Origin: an uncultured Pseudomonadales bacterium
GTDB lineage: Bacteria; Patescibacteriota; Microgenomatia; UBA1400; UBA1396
DNA length: 64,000 nucleotides
Reading direction: 5' to 3'
NCBI GenBank assembly: GCA_964598125.1
Contig: CAZRAG010000002.1
Coordinates: 373 to 64,372, forward strand
Every line of letters starts with the position of its first letter. The stretch's first letter is position 1. A program made the position numbers and the translations under genes. A model generated the notes under the pieces. It did no database searches, was not told the origin of the DNA, and saw only the letters and a program-made list of their open reading frames with translations. This document shows, in pieces, positions 37,401 through 48,700 of the stretch.

Positions 37401-39633
37401 GACCGCTACGGTCGATGCGAATAACCAAATTACTTACTATATTAATGGCCGCAACGCTGGAACGGTTGATGGCTCTGGTCATAACCTCAATATCACGAAT
37501 CCGATAATTATTGGCGACAATGCTTGGCGAGATTTTATTGGTCAACTTGACGAGATCAAAATTTACAACTATGTTCGAACCCCTCAACAAATCGTCCAAG
37601 ACATGAATGCTGGACACCCGGCTGGTGGCAGCCCGGTAGGCAGTCAGCTTGCTTACTGGAAGTTTGATGAGGGTGGCGGGCAGACAACGGGTGATACCGT
37701 TGGTAACTATCCCGCCACACTTGGTGCCACAACTACAGCAAGCACGGACGATCCTACCTGGAAGTCGGGTTCCGAATGCAAATTTAATGGCTGTTTGAGC
37801 TTTGATGGTGGTGATCACCTAAAATTAGGAACCGTTGTTGATGGCTCAAATTCGCATACGTTTACCATGTGGGTCAAAAGCTCGGCCGCTATTAGTGGAG
37901 AGAAATTTTTATTCGATATTAATCCAGTGAGAACCGTCATTGGCTGGCATCGAACTGGTGGAAAGATTGCCTACTACGATGTAAGTGGCTGGCACGACTC
38001 AACGCTTGATCCGCCAAATGATGGCCAGTGGCACCACCTGGCATATGTTTTAGATGGAACCACCAACAAAGGGGCCATTTATATTGACGGTAAGCTTCGC
38101 CAAGAAAACATTGCCTATAATCCCACCACATTCAATGGACCAGCCGCCATTGGAGCTCGTTACGATGCCACGGCCTACTGGTTCACTGGCTACTTGGATG
38201 AATTTAAGATCTACTCCTCTCCCCTCACTGCTGAACAAATTCTCATTGATATGAACCAAAACCAGGCTATGAACTACGGTGCCGGTGGCGACAGTGAGGC
38301 CGCTATTATGACTGATGGTGCTGGCAATCCTCCCGTTGGCGAATGGAAGCTCGACGAAGGCACCGGCACCGTGGCCAAAGATACCAGCGGCAACGGCAAA
38401 GACGGCACCCATAACGGCGGTGGCTGGGGCATTGGCAAGTTTGGCAACGCGGCAGATTTTGATGGGAACGACCTTATTAGTGTTCCCAATATGACTGGAT
38501 TAGGAAACACCAGTTTTACTTTGCAGGGATGGATAAATGTCAGAAGTCAGCCAACAGTTTACTCTTCTATGGTCATCTCTTCCTCTGGTGGCTTTGTTCT
38601 TTACATCAACCAAAGTACACCCTATCCAAGAGCTCAGATGTATAACGGAACAAGTTGGATTGGTATAGCTTGCAATACCTTTACCACAAACTTTAACGAA
38701 TGGAATCATTTAGCACTTGCCTATGACGAATCAACCACTTCCATGACCTTGTACTACAACGGCCAAAAGTGTTCCGGACCGACAACGGTTACCGGTGGAT
38801 TTAATGACAGCTACACCACAACCTTTCAAATTGGAGCCTACACAGGATCATATCTGCATGACGGCTTGGTCGATGATGTGAAAGTCTACAACTACGCCCG
38901 CACGCCCGGACAAATTGCCTATGACTACAATCGCGGCAAGCCTGTGGCCCACTGGAAGTTTGATGAGTGTGAAGGCGGAACCATCCACGACAGTAGTGAA
39001 AATGGTAATCATGGAACTTGGAGTGGGGCTGGCGGAGGGACACAAACGAGTGTGGGTACGTGCTCAACCAGTGGTACAGCCTGGGGAAATGGCGTGAGTG
39101 GGAAATATGGAGCAAGTTTGAATTTTGACGGGACGGATGATTATGTGGATGTAAATACAAATCTCAGTACTATCCCCTACACAATTTCTGGTTGGATTAA
39201 ATATTCCGGATCACTCACAACGCCAGGGTTCGTTTCCTTTACCGATTCAAATGGCCGACGACGAGATGTCTACATTTATAACAATAATATGCTTCGCATC
39301 TTTACCTATGATGGATCAAATGCCAGATATTACGTGAGTCCCACGATCAAGTCTTTCAATGATAATCAGTGGCACCATATTGTTGGAACTTTTGATGGAA
39401 CAACTCCTTATGTATACGCCGATGGCATTCGCTATTCAGTATCGACTCCTGTTTCGGCAGGTACATATCCGACTGGAAAAATCAGAATTGGCGCACTCAA
39501 TATCTCTCCTATGACTTCCCAATATTATTTCTCGGGCCAAATCGATGACGTCCAGATCTACAACTATGCCCTTTCAGCCGACCAAGTCAAGCAACTCACC
39601 AACGAAGGTTTTGCCACCCGGTTTGGGGAATAG
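34414..39633 (+). CDS. giant surface protein 1 (1739 aa): basic N-region with signal anchor, DUF2341-like 'WWNAGWTYRR' module, then multiple LamG/concanavalin-A-like domains
   Basis: GTG start 6 nt after a TATACT hexamer. Recurrent LamG_3-type domain endings 'LDE(F/V)KIY...', 'DEVRVYNRALATDEV' and 'YNYARTPGQIAYDYNRG'. Paralogous to the next three genes. Confidence 0.85.
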   Translation: MGVTKLKSVSMRSRKRRSLSFAIRLPKLPQLLLLTGRKRSRWPLLVGLLFLLIALPTAFYLNSRTPEVEAAWWNAGWTYRRAIPITNSGSEQTNYQVALSLDTQSLVSEGKLQADCDDIRVTDVNGKILPHWVANCGTSSSLVWTRMPQVPVSGATAYIYYGNATVESGKTPIGTESFPALNCRAIMDAGDDSGTTAYWIDPNNADFTDKFQAYCDMTSDGGGWTLIGKGREGWNWNNNGQGTLTDLAQNPNTASVAFMPAATIDQIIGKNVNSLTDGVRVYRFGVNQDWRFSYPTMTTWDWVMDTSKTATVISRSPSCSGSTSGNTRDAYWCGGGNDCDRIFTWDWASHAYIKGWSAGSSCSCTAYGSDGWCNATEGHVILRTQVWVKEPPANRNGISATSPQAEETTPGPIAYWKFDEGSGTQAKDSSSNQKHGTLNTPPDWKPEEECISGKCLYYDGTNYDSVNIADSGTNDPLDMGTRSFSISFWEKPLDYTYPKSFFPIKDGNAPYTDGAGHEGWSIADNYIANGVNFNLNDGTNRISATLAFNSENSTAHLKNKWTHMTYVFDRTNNVASVYINGVKQTAEVDISSVTGSISNSSSLTIGYGTGWKFHGYLDEFKIYPFVVTPEQVQQDYNHGYSTIIGQQDQGALSDGLVGYWKMDEASWNGTSGEVIDSSGNGYHGTSANALSTSVGKFSKSGSFDGVDDRIDLPNSIGYSTQVSSFSWFKSDGNSPGSHHIIFGGPELELTVSNGGVLRTGVTTSSGRTYFDGGSGLTDGNWHHIGFTFDGSTMVMYVDGRVVNTRNNITGTLTSSFSYRRIGQFGNNTGYFANGYIDEVRVYNRALATDEVTKLYQYAPGPVGYWKMDEGSGTTIADMSGNGNTGTFVNSPVWTNGQYGPALSFTGSDYVTIPFSSTIANNYTVSGWINFTQRPSGTDPNRAGGIIGGTASPNGTIEFIATYAVSGETSKIGLGRMSDFSTLVSTDSFPMNQWTYVTATVDANNQITYYINGRNAGTVDGSGHNLNITNPIIIGDNAWRDFIGQLDEIKIYNYVRTPQQIVQDMNAGHPAGGSPVGSQLAYWKFDEGGGQTTGDTVGNYPATLGATTTASTDDPTWKSGSECKFNGCLSFDGGDHLKLGTVVDGSNSHTFTMWVKSSAAISGEKFLFDINPVRTVIGWHRTGGKIAYYDVSGWHDSTLDPPNDGQWHHLAYVLDGTTNKGAIYIDGKLRQENIAYNPTTFNGPAAIGARYDATAYWFTGYLDEFKIYSSPLTAEQILIDMNQNQAMNYGAGGDSEAAIMTDGAGNPPVGEWKLDEGTGTVAKDTSGNGKDGTHNGGGWGIGKFGNAADFDGNDLISVPNMTGLGNTSFTLQGWINVRSQPTVYSSMVISSSGGFVLYINQSTPYPRAQMYNGTSWIGIACNTFTTNFNEWNHLALAYDESTTSMTLYYNGQKCSGPTTVTGGFNDSYTTTFQIGAYTGSYLHDGLVDDVKVYNYARTPGQIAYDYNRGKPVAHWKFDECEGGTIHDSSENGNHGTWSGAGGGTQTSVGTCSTSGTAWGNGVSGKYGASLNFDGTDDYVDVNTNLSTIPYTISGWIKYSGSLTTPGFVSFTDSNGRRRDVYIYNNNMLRIFTYDGSNARYYVSPTIKSFNDNQWHHIVGTFDGTTPYVYADGIRYSVSTPVSAGTYPTGKIRIGALNISPMTSQYYFSGQIDDVQIYNYALSADQVKQLTNEGFATRFGE

Positions 39634-39665
39634 GGAGAGAGGTTAATCAGGGGAGGATTGAATTC

Positions 39666-39733
39666 CTTGAGTAAGGAGTATCCTTGCTCAAGCCAACTCA
39701 ACTTCACTTGAGCAAGGATACTCCTTCTTTTTT
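39666..39733 (+). terminator. family-B palindromic element copy (20-bp stem 'AAGGAGTATCCTTGCTCAAG...CTTGAGCAAGGATACTCCTT' followed by CTTTTTTCG). Acts as a rho-independent terminator after giant gene 1.
   Basis: Read directly. Related copies at 45133-45186, 57565-57623 and 60700-60763. Confidence 0.75.
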
Positions 39734-39748
39734 CGCTACAATGGCTAA

Positions 39749-42700
39749 GTGGGTGTGCGCAAAATCCGATCAGTATCCGCTAAGCGATCCAGAATAGGGT
39801 CTTTTCCCCGTCATTTTTTTTCTTTCCCCAAGCTCTCTTTTACCAATAAACGCTCCCGCTGGCCGCTCCTTATTGCTCTGCTTATTATTCTCGGAGCCAT
39901 TCCGGCCGCCATTTTTCTCAATTCCCGAGCCAAACCGGTAGCCGCCACTTGGTGGAACGCCAGCTGGCAGTATCGGCAGCGGGTGGATATTACCAACGCC
40001 AATGCCTCGGCTCTCACCGATTTTCAGATCAGTTTCAACCTGGACACGGAAACTCTCATAACCGCTGGGAAATTGCAATCAAACTGTTTGGATCTTCGCG
40101 TAACGGATAATCAGGGACAGGAAATTCCATTTTGGATCGAAGAAAATAATCCCGGATGCAACAATGCGGCCACAAAAATCTGGGTCAAAGTTCCCCAAGT
40201 TCCCACTTCTGGAAGCACCATTTATGTTTACTACGGGAATGCAACGGCAACAGCCGCGGTAAATAATGATGGCAACAAAGTTTTTGAGTTTTTCGATGAT
40301 TTTAACGGCAGCGCACTTAATGCAGCCAAGTGGCAAGACTGGTTCACCACCGCTTCCACCAACACCTACACGCAATCGGCTGGTGTACTGCAAATCACCA
40401 CGAGTGGTTGCAACAACGGTCTGCGAACAAAAAATCTTAACCAATCCGACGTACGGATTCGCACGCGCATGATTGGTCAAAGTGATGCTGGTTTGCTGGC
40501 TCGCGTCACTGATAACGACCATCTCTATCTCATGCGAACCGATATCGGAACCGCCGCCACCGACTACTACCTTCGCAACAGCAGTTGGACCAGTCTTGGT
40601 GGAATTTTCACTGATTTTGGAGACTGGAGTGTTTTTCGCATTGTTGAATTCAGGGTCGTTGGCACAGCCCTTTCTTCTACCGTTGACGAACAAACTATGA
40701 ATAGCATCACCAACACCACTTTTACTTCTGGTGGCATTGGCTTGCGCAAATGTGGTGGAAACCCAAGTTTTGACTGGATCGTGGTCGCGAAGCCCGCTTC
40801 ATCGGAACCGACCTCAACCCTCGCCACCGAAGAAACCACTCCCGGCCCCGTGGTAGAACTCAAGTTTGACGAAGGCGGCGGTTCGCAGGCCAAAGACAGC
40901 AGTGGCTTTAAAAATCATGCCAGTGTCCCCAGTTCAACGCAGTGGAAATCCGACGATGAATGTATTTCGGGCAAATGTCTTTTCTTTGATTCCACCGATG
41001 ACCGAATCATCATGTCCAATAATCAAACACTGAACAACACGAAACAACTCGGTTTTAGTTTCTGGTGGAAACCAATGGGGTATCACACAAATTACGCCTA
41101 TCAAATTCTGCGCAAGTTTAGCGGAACCAGTGATGCTAACCTGGCACTCTACTATTTTGGTGACTACAACGGCACATATCCTGAAAACAAAGGTCGCACT
41201 ATGGTTTATGGAACTGCCGGAGGGGCTTGGAAAGGTATCTCCAATCCCTACACCTTTTCCGAGGCAGAACTGGGACAATGGCACCACATTGCGTTTTCCT
41301 ACGATTCTGTTTTGGGTGGTCAACTGTATGTTGATAGCAAACCCGTTGGCGGGCGAACTGGTTCAGGAGAACTGTCAGTTAATACCTATGATCTGATTCT
41401 TGGCTCCGGTTCTATGGCCCAGTACTATGACGATTTTCGCTTCTACCCCTACGCCATCACCCAAGAACAAGTCCTGAAAGACTTCAATCGCGGTTCGGCC
41501 GTGATGATTGGTGCGCAGGAACAAGGAGCGCTCACCAATGGCCAAGTTGGCTACTGGAAGATGGATGAGACTACCGGCACAACGGTTGCTGATTCATCAG
41601 GATTTGGCAACCATGGCACGCTGCTTGGTGCACAAGAAACCGGTACAGCCGAAGCGGCCAGCACCACCACAACTGTCGTTGATACCGCAAGCACCGCCCT
41701 TTCAACCGTGAATGATGCCTACAACGGACAGTATTTGGTAATAACCGGAGGTTCTTGCGGCATAAGCACCAATACTTTTGGGACCATCACCGACTACGAT
41801 GGCACCACCAAAACCCTCACTGTTAGTCCGGCCTTAAGTGCGCAAGTCGATGGCTGTACTTACCAAATCCGCCACCAAAATGCGGGTAAATTCGGCAACG
41901 GCCTAGGCTTTGACAGTAAAGATGACCGAGTCCAAATTGGCAGCTCCACCCAGTTTGATTTGAGTAGCGGTGACTTTGCTCTGGCCTCCTGGATCCGTCA
42001 AACTGGCACCCAAGATTTGCGAAAAATTTTCTTTAAGGGCAACCCTTTTTGTGATGCCTGTGAAGCTGGATATTTTCTGGGCGTTCATGCGGGCAGTCCC
42101 CGTTTCTCTGTCGATTTGAGCAGCAACACCGGTGACATCAAATCGGTCTACAACAACAGTATCTTAGTGAATGATGGCCAGTGGCACCACATTCTGGGAC
42201 AACGAAAGGGCGACATGCTTGAACTTTGGGTGGATGGCTTGCAAGTGGCCACCCTGGCATTACCAACTGGAGCTACTATCAACTACGGCGCGGCATCAAA
42301 TCTGATTATTTCCGATGCTTCCTATGCATTTGATGGTTCTCTGGATGAAGCGCGTATTTTTTCGCGCTCTTTTTCTGCTGATGAAATTGGTAATTTATAC
42401 CGCTATGCTCCCGGACCTACCGCGCACTACAAATTGGACGAGGGTTCAGGCACGACAACCATTACTGATTCCTCCGGCAATAATAATTCTGGCACCATGA
42501 CCGGCTTCGCCGCCAGCTCCTGGGTTCCTGGAAAATTTGGTAAAGCACTCACGTTCTCTCGCAGCACCAGCACACGCATCGATCTGGGCACGCTCTTTAC
42601 CAATGTTTCTACGGGTTTTTCTGGTTCCGTCTGGATAAAACGCAGTGGCACCGCCTACAACAACGACCCTTTGGGAAATAAAATCTACACGGGGAACAAT

Positions 42701-45133
42701 GGTGGTTGGCGAGTCCTTGGCCTTGATACCAATGTATTCTCCTTTGTTGCTTCGACCGGACAGGTCAACTTTGGCACCATTGGTACTGACTGGACGCATC
42801 TGGCTTGGAGTTATGATCCCGTCACCGGTGTTTTAACCACATACGTGAACGGGAAAAAAGCAAATTCCGGTAGTGTCAGTTTTCTCCCCACAACCAACAA
42901 TCTTTTTATGGGCATGGGGTATGGCAGCACCTCCCAAAACTTTATCGGTATTCTTGATGATGTTCGTCTCTATAACTACGCTCGCACCTCGCAGCAAATT
43001 GTGCAGGACATGAATGCCGGCCACCCAACGGGTGGTAGTCCGGTTGGCAGTCAAACGGCGTACTTCCCCTATGACGAAGGCAGCGGCAATACGGCTCACG
43101 AAAAAGTCTCCCCTGTCTATGACGGCACCCTCATGTGTGGTGGCACGAGCTGCACTAACCCCACCTGGAAATCGGATGGTCGGGTGAATTCGGCCATTTA
43201 CTTTAGCGCCGACACCGGAATGCAGGGTGACTACGTCCGCTCCGCACCCATCAATATGGGGACAACTCTTGGTGACAAGCTTACGGCAAGCATGTGGATC
43301 AAACCCGTTGCCACTGAAGACAACTATGGCTGGATCATTCGCAATGGTCATAGTACTGACGAAAACTATTCGGTGAAGTTAACAAACTATTCTGCTGGAA
43401 AATGGCGGGTGGGTGCGGAGTACTACGACACCACTTTTCGTAACATTGCTGGCGCTCAAAATGTGGTTCCCCAAGATACTTGGAGCCATTTGGCTGTGGT
43501 CTTTTCCAACGGTGAATACATAAAAATTTATCTGAATGGCCAGTTCATTGAACAAGTTGCCTGGAGCGGCAGCCCATCCGTCGCGGCGAACACAAACTTT
43601 TATGTTGGCGGTCACGTTGGCACTATTAACCAGTTTTTTGGCGGCTACATTGACGAGGTAAAAATCTATAATTCTGAATTGACTGCGGACCAAATCAAGC
43701 TGGATTACAACTTAGGTGTTTCTTCTAGTTACGGTGGTTCAAGTGTTGACGAGGCCAGCAGTTTGAACGACGGTGCCGGGTCCGCACCGGTGGCCGAGTA
43801 TCATTTTGAAGAAATGACCGGGGCGCAAGCTAAAGACACCAGTGGCAATAATCATAACGGTACCATCACGGGAGCCCAGTGGGAGCCAGCCGGAAAAGAA
43901 GGCGCGGCCCTGCGATTTGATGGAAGTGATTATGTTGACGTGGGTAACGTGGGTGATGAAGCCACAAACTTTACGGTGTCGGCATGGATTAATCCATCAC
44001 TCATGGCCAACCAGGAAATATCGGTCATTACCAAAAGGAATGCTACCACTGCCGGCTGGGCATTAGGAATAAACGCTAACGGAACTACGCCTCTAGTCAT
44101 TTGGCGGACATTCAATGGCGGTGGGCAGTATTCCATCTCAGGGACTCGACAATTAGCTATTAATAACTGGTACTACATTACGGTTGTTCATCAGGATGGT
44201 ACAGCATCTTTGTACGTGAATGGTGTGTTTGATCGCTCAGCCAGTATTACGAATCCAGCTACTGACACCACCGCCTTGAGAATTGGTTATTTGAATGGTG
44301 GTGCAGTAAGTTATCAAGGAAAAATCGATGAAGTAAAAATCTACGACTACGCCCGTACTCCTGCCCAAATCGCTTACGACTATAATCGCGGCGGACCAGT
44401 CGCTCATTACAAACTTGATGAGTGTCAGGGTAGCACCACCTACGACACCAGTGGCGGTAATAATGGAACACTCATTGTTGGTGCAACAGGGGCGCAGACT
44501 TCCGTCGGCACCTGTAATTCCAGTGGTACAGCCTGGGGAAATGGCGCCACCGGCAAGTTTGAATCAAGTCTGAATTTTGATGGCACGGATGATTACATTG
44601 ATACCGTTGCTTCCTCGACTTTACTTCCAGGGGATACTTCTTTTTCTCTTGGTGGATGGTTTAAAACATCAACCCTCTACTCAACAGCTGATAACAATAT
44701 AGGAGGCCGAATTGTGAGCTTGTACCGGAGCGTTGATGGGGCCGGCTTCTCCTCCAAAGTTGGCCTTGGGTTTTATGGGGATAACACCGATACTCTTATG
44801 GTTTTTTCTAATGGGGCCAGTGGATCAACCTCTTTGCGAAAAACCAACAGTGGTTTTAATGACAATCAGTGGCACCATCTCTTCACCACCTATGACAGCA
44901 CAACCAACATACTTAAGCTTTTTTATGATAGCGTGGAAGTGGGTTCGCAAAATGCCAGTACTATCTATTCCTCTGAGTCCGAGCAAATGAAAATTGGAAC
45001 ATTTGGCGGGACGAGTACAACGGGAACCTTTAATGGCCAAATCGACGACGTTCGCGTATACAACTATGCCCTCTCCTCAACGCAAGTCAAACAGGTGATG
45101 AACGAGGGAATGGCGATTAAGTTTAATAACTAA
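39749..45133 (+). CDS. giant surface protein 2 (1794 aa), DUF2341-like + multi-LamG paralog
   Basis: 'WWNASWQYRQRVDITN' DUF2341-like signature, then multiple LamG repeats. GTG start 6 nt after TACAAT. Shares conserved modules with the other three (e.g. 'ARTSQQIVQDMNAGHPTGGSPVGSQ' and 'YDYARTPAQIAYDYNRGGPVAHYKLDECQG'). Confidence 0.85.
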   Translation: MGVRKIRSVSAKRSRIGSFPRHFFSFPKLSFTNKRSRWPLLIALLIILGAIPAAIFLNSRAKPVAATWWNASWQYRQRVDITNANASALTDFQISFNLDTETLITAGKLQSNCLDLRVTDNQGQEIPFWIEENNPGCNNAATKIWVKVPQVPTSGSTIYVYYGNATATAAVNNDGNKVFEFFDDFNGSALNAAKWQDWFTTASTNTYTQSAGVLQITTSGCNNGLRTKNLNQSDVRIRTRMIGQSDAGLLARVTDNDHLYLMRTDIGTAATDYYLRNSSWTSLGGIFTDFGDWSVFRIVEFRVVGTALSSTVDEQTMNSITNTTFTSGGIGLRKCGGNPSFDWIVVAKPASSEPTSTLATEETTPGPVVELKFDEGGGSQAKDSSGFKNHASVPSSTQWKSDDECISGKCLFFDSTDDRIIMSNNQTLNNTKQLGFSFWWKPMGYHTNYAYQILRKFSGTSDANLALYYFGDYNGTYPENKGRTMVYGTAGGAWKGISNPYTFSEAELGQWHHIAFSYDSVLGGQLYVDSKPVGGRTGSGELSVNTYDLILGSGSMAQYYDDFRFYPYAITQEQVLKDFNRGSAVMIGAQEQGALTNGQVGYWKMDETTGTTVADSSGFGNHGTLLGAQETGTAEAASTTTTVVDTASTALSTVNDAYNGQYLVITGGSCGISTNTFGTITDYDGTTKTLTVSPALSAQVDGCTYQIRHQNAGKFGNGLGFDSKDDRVQIGSSTQFDLSSGDFALASWIRQTGTQDLRKIFFKGNPFCDACEAGYFLGVHAGSPRFSVDLSSNTGDIKSVYNNSILVNDGQWHHILGQRKGDMLELWVDGLQVATLALPTGATINYGAASNLIISDASYAFDGSLDEARIFSRSFSADEIGNLYRYAPGPTAHYKLDEGSGTTTITDSSGNNNSGTMTGFAASSWVPGKFGKALTFSRSTSTRIDLGTLFTNVSTGFSGSVWIKRSGTAYNNDPLGNKIYTGNNGGWRVLGLDTNVFSFVASTGQVNFGTIGTDWTHLAWSYDPVTGVLTTYVNGKKANSGSVSFLPTTNNLFMGMGYGSTSQNFIGILDDVRLYNYARTSQQIVQDMNAGHPTGGSPVGSQTAYFPYDEGSGNTAHEKVSPVYDGTLMCGGTSCTNPTWKSDGRVNSAIYFSADTGMQGDYVRSAPINMGTTLGDKLTASMWIKPVATEDNYGWIIRNGHSTDENYSVKLTNYSAGKWRVGAEYYDTTFRNIAGAQNVVPQDTWSHLAVVFSNGEYIKIYLNGQFIEQVAWSGSPSVAANTNFYVGGHVGTINQFFGGYIDEVKIYNSELTADQIKLDYNLGVSSSYGGSSVDEASSLNDGAGSAPVAEYHFEEMTGAQAKDTSGNNHNGTITGAQWEPAGKEGAALRFDGSDYVDVGNVGDEATNFTVSAWINPSLMANQEISVITKRNATTAGWALGINANGTTPLVIWRTFNGGGQYSISGTRQLAINNWYYITVVHQDGTASLYVNGVFDRSASITNPATDTTALRIGYLNGGAVSYQGKIDEVKIYDYARTPAQIAYDYNRGGPVAHYKLDECQGSTTYDTSGGNNGTLIVGATGAQTSVGTCNSSGTAWGNGATGKFESSLNFDGTDDYIDTVASSTLLPGDTSFSLGGWFKTSTLYSTADNNIGGRIVSLYRSVDGAGFSSKVGLGFYGDNTDTLMVFSNGASGSTSLRKTNSGFNDNQWHHLFTTYDSTTNILKLFYDSVEVGSQNASTIYSSESEQMKIGTFGGTSTTGTFNGQIDDVRVYNYALSSTQVKQVMNEGMAIKFNN

Positions 45134-45186
45134 AAGGAGTCTCCCTGATCGAGTGCCTTTGGGTTCTCTTGATCAGGGAGACTCCC
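45133..45186. repeat. family-B palindromic element copy ('GGAGTCTCCCTGATCGAG...CTTGATCAGGGAGACTCC'), followed at 45205 by a degenerate 'TGATAAACCTCTCTCC' flank motif
   Basis: Read directly. Confidence 0.7.
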
Positions 45187-45719
45187 TATCCAAGCAACCT
45201 CTTTCTTGCCTGATAAACCTCTCTCCCTGGTTAGAATCTTGTCAGTTTTTGGTTGTATGTTACTTCTGTGACGTCAAGGTCGTTCATTATTCTTTCAAAG
45301 GTCCATGTTGTTTTTGAAACATTTCAAAACGCCCTTCTTCATCCATCAGTAGCAAAAGTACTCGGTGAAAAAATCATTGAACTGGGAAATCTTCTCCTTA
45401 TAGGTTTAGTCGTTACCGAAATCCTCCAAATAAACATTCGAGCTACGCCTATTAGTATGGGATTCATCGGATTTTTACTATGCTACACTTTGGGTGTGCT
45501 CATTCTGAGAAATGGAAAGGAGACACCATGACACTCTTTGGCGAATCACTCAATTTCTACATCATTTTTGGTGGGCTTTATTTGTTTCTTGGAGTCATGT
45601 TTCTCTTGGTTCTCACAGGCAAGAAAAAGAAAAAATAACTTCTTTTCTCACAGCACACTTTCACTTTTGAGTTTTCCTTCTCTGTAGTCCGTCCCACATA
45701 ATTCCACTACAATGACTAG

Positions 45720-48700
45720 GTGGGAGTTACCAAAGTTCGATCAGTGTCTGCCAGGCGAGCAATACCAAAAATTGGCTGGCCTTTTAGCAGATTTTCATTT
45801 CGACTGCCAACGCTCACTTTTACAAAAAAGCGTTCTCGTTGGCCCCTCCTTGTCGCCCTTCTTTTTCTCCTCATTGCCCTTCCTACCGCGTTCTATCTCA
45901 ACTCCCGCACTCCAAAAGTCGAAGCTGCCTGGTGGAATCCTGGGTGGGCGTACCGTCAGCGAATTGCCATTACCAATAGTAACGGGAGCGACTTAACCGA
46001 TTTTCAAGTCAGCTTTACCCTTGATACTGCTGCTCTCATTACCAACGGCAAACTGCAAAATGATTGTGATGATCTGCGAATCACCGATCATCTTGGAAAA
46101 GAACTCCCGTTTTGGATTGAAGAAAATAATCCTGGCTGTAACAACTCCGCTACCAAGATTTGGACCAAGGTACCAAATATCCCCACCAGTGGCGCCGCTC
46201 TGTACGTGTACTACGGCAATATCTCCGCTACAAATAACGAAAAAGGAAATGAGGTTTTTCCTTTTTTTGATGGTTTTAATTCTGCTGCCCTAAACACACA
46301 AATTTGGGGGAACACCGGAACTTATAATTTTGCTTCAGGTGCAATCACCGTAACAGCTGGCGCGGTGTACTCAAAGTCAACCATCTTGTCGACCAACCAA
46401 AACTACGTGTATGAAATGCGCAGTAAATGGGCGGCTGGTGGCAGTCAGTGGGCGGGACTCGATATTGCGAGTACTCAAAGCGTCTTAAGTAGCAACAGCG
46501 GCGCCAGTGCCTTGACTTTCTTCATGACGCTCAACGGCACACCAACTTTGGGAGCATACGTTTCGTCAGGTGTCTCTGGCTATAACGTGACCGGTGGGAC
46601 ATCACAATTTACCACCACTCCTAATACTTACGAAGTCATTGGCTACACGCACACACCAACTACGTTAAGTTTTTATCGAAATCAAACCCTTACCAATTCG
46701 TATTCCGACACTGCCAACTTTGCCCCGTATGTATGGCTGGGCTATTTTATGGGAGCGGGTTCGGGTTCGCAGGACATTATGGACATGACGGTTGACTGGG
46801 TCCGTGTCCGCAAGTATGCCGCTACCTCTCCCGCCACCACTTTAGCGACGGAAGAAAGTACCCCTGGCCCAGTCGCTCACTGGAAATTCGACGAGGGTGG
46901 TGGCAGCGCCATCAAAGATAGTAGTGGCAATAATCGAACTGGCACCCTTTCCAACGCCACTTGGTCAACAGGTGATTGTGTAAGCGAAAACTGTCTCCAA
47001 TTCAACGGGACCAATGGTTATGCCGATACCGGTTATGACTACAGCATGGAATACAACTCCAGCACAAGTTTTTCGGTATGGATCAGACCGTCAACCATCA
47101 ACACCGGCGGAAAAGTCAAAACGATTTTGGGCAAAGTGAGTTATGAATACATTCTCTCGCAACTTGATGACACAATTATGTTCCGCCAATGGACTGATTC
47201 TGGCAACGACACAATTGCGATCCAAACACCGAGTATTTTGGAAGCAAATCAGTGGTATCAAATCACCCTTGTGTATGATGGGACCGCTCACACTACCAAT
47301 CTGTATGTGAATGGTACTCTGCAAGCGAGTGGCGCCAACTTGCAACCGTCGTTTGTGAACCGAACCGAGACATTGAAAATAGGCTATGGGTATGGTTGGA
47401 ACGTTTCACCCACACCCTATTTTTCCGGAAAAATTGATGAGGTAAAAATTTTTCCCTATGCTCTTACCGCTGCTCAAATTAAAAAAGAGTTGAACTTTGG
47501 ATCAGCCGTAACCGTGGGCTTTGAAAACCAAGGGAGTCTGGGCGAGGGTTTAGTGGCTTATTGGCCCATGAACGAAACTACTGGCACGACCATCGCCGAT
47601 TATTCTGGCAACAATGCCACGGTGACACTCACCAACGCCCAAGAGACCGGCACCAGTGAAGCGGCCGGCACCACTACTCTTGTAGTCGACGCGGATAACG
47701 CAACCATTTCCAACTATGACGATGCCTATAACGGCATGGTTATGGAGGTTACCGGAGGAGCGGGTTGTGGGATAGGATCTGGTTCAAGCAATCGGATTCG
47801 CTTTATCACTGATTATGTTGGTGCAACAAAGACCTTTACCGTGGGCAGCGCCTTTCCCGCCGAAACCGATAACTGTACTTTTCAAGTTTTGCATCAAAGT
47901 CGTGGGAAATTTGGAGGTGGAGTCTACCTTGATGGTGTGAATCATGAAGGTGGCAACGACACTATGGAACTCACGGATATTCGTTTTGATTCCGATGATC
48001 CTTGGTCTTACTCGGTTTGGCATAGAATTCCCGCTGGCTCAACGGTTAACTGGAATAGTTTTTTTGGTGGACCCCAAAGTGGTTATGGTGGCTACTGGCA
48101 GTACCATGGCGGTGGCAATCTCATGTGGTATCAAGATTACTACGAGAGTACGGTGTATGGAATCAACGATAGCGTCGTGAATTTTGGAGATGAATTGCCC
48201 TACGACAAATGGTTCATGCTAACGCTCACCTATACGCCCACTGATACCTTGCACGGTACGGCAAAAATTTATGTCGACAGTGAGCTCGTGCATTCAAGAA
48301 GTGTCACGCTCAGTGCTCGTACCACCTACTTTACCGTGGACAAACTTGCGGGGGCAGGTGGGCGATCTTTTGAAGGCCATATGGATGAGGCCCGTTTATA
48401 TAACCGTGTACTGGCCGACAGCGAAATTGTTAATCTCTACCGCTGGGCACCAAAACCAAAAGCCTACTATCCCCTTGATGAGGGTACCGGGACAACCACG
48501 ATCGACAAAGGCGGTGGCACCAGTGTCACTGCGAGTAGCACCACCTGGACCGCTGGCAAATATGGCCAGGCACTGCATTTTAATGGCACAAGCTCAACAG
48601 TGGACATTCCGAATATTTCCCACCCCTATGCGTTTACCAAAATGGCTTGGGTCAAAATTCACGCCGCTGACTGTGTTAACGAGAGTCGTTGTTCTATCTT

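Noticed and set aside
45712-45996. 94-aa alternative-frame ORF 'MTRWELPK...' starting at the ATG inside the TACAATG -10 box of giant gene 3
   Set aside because: The equivalent frame is only 18-44 codons in copies 2 and 4 and has no ATG in copy 1. Wobble-position variation supports the giant-protein frame instead.
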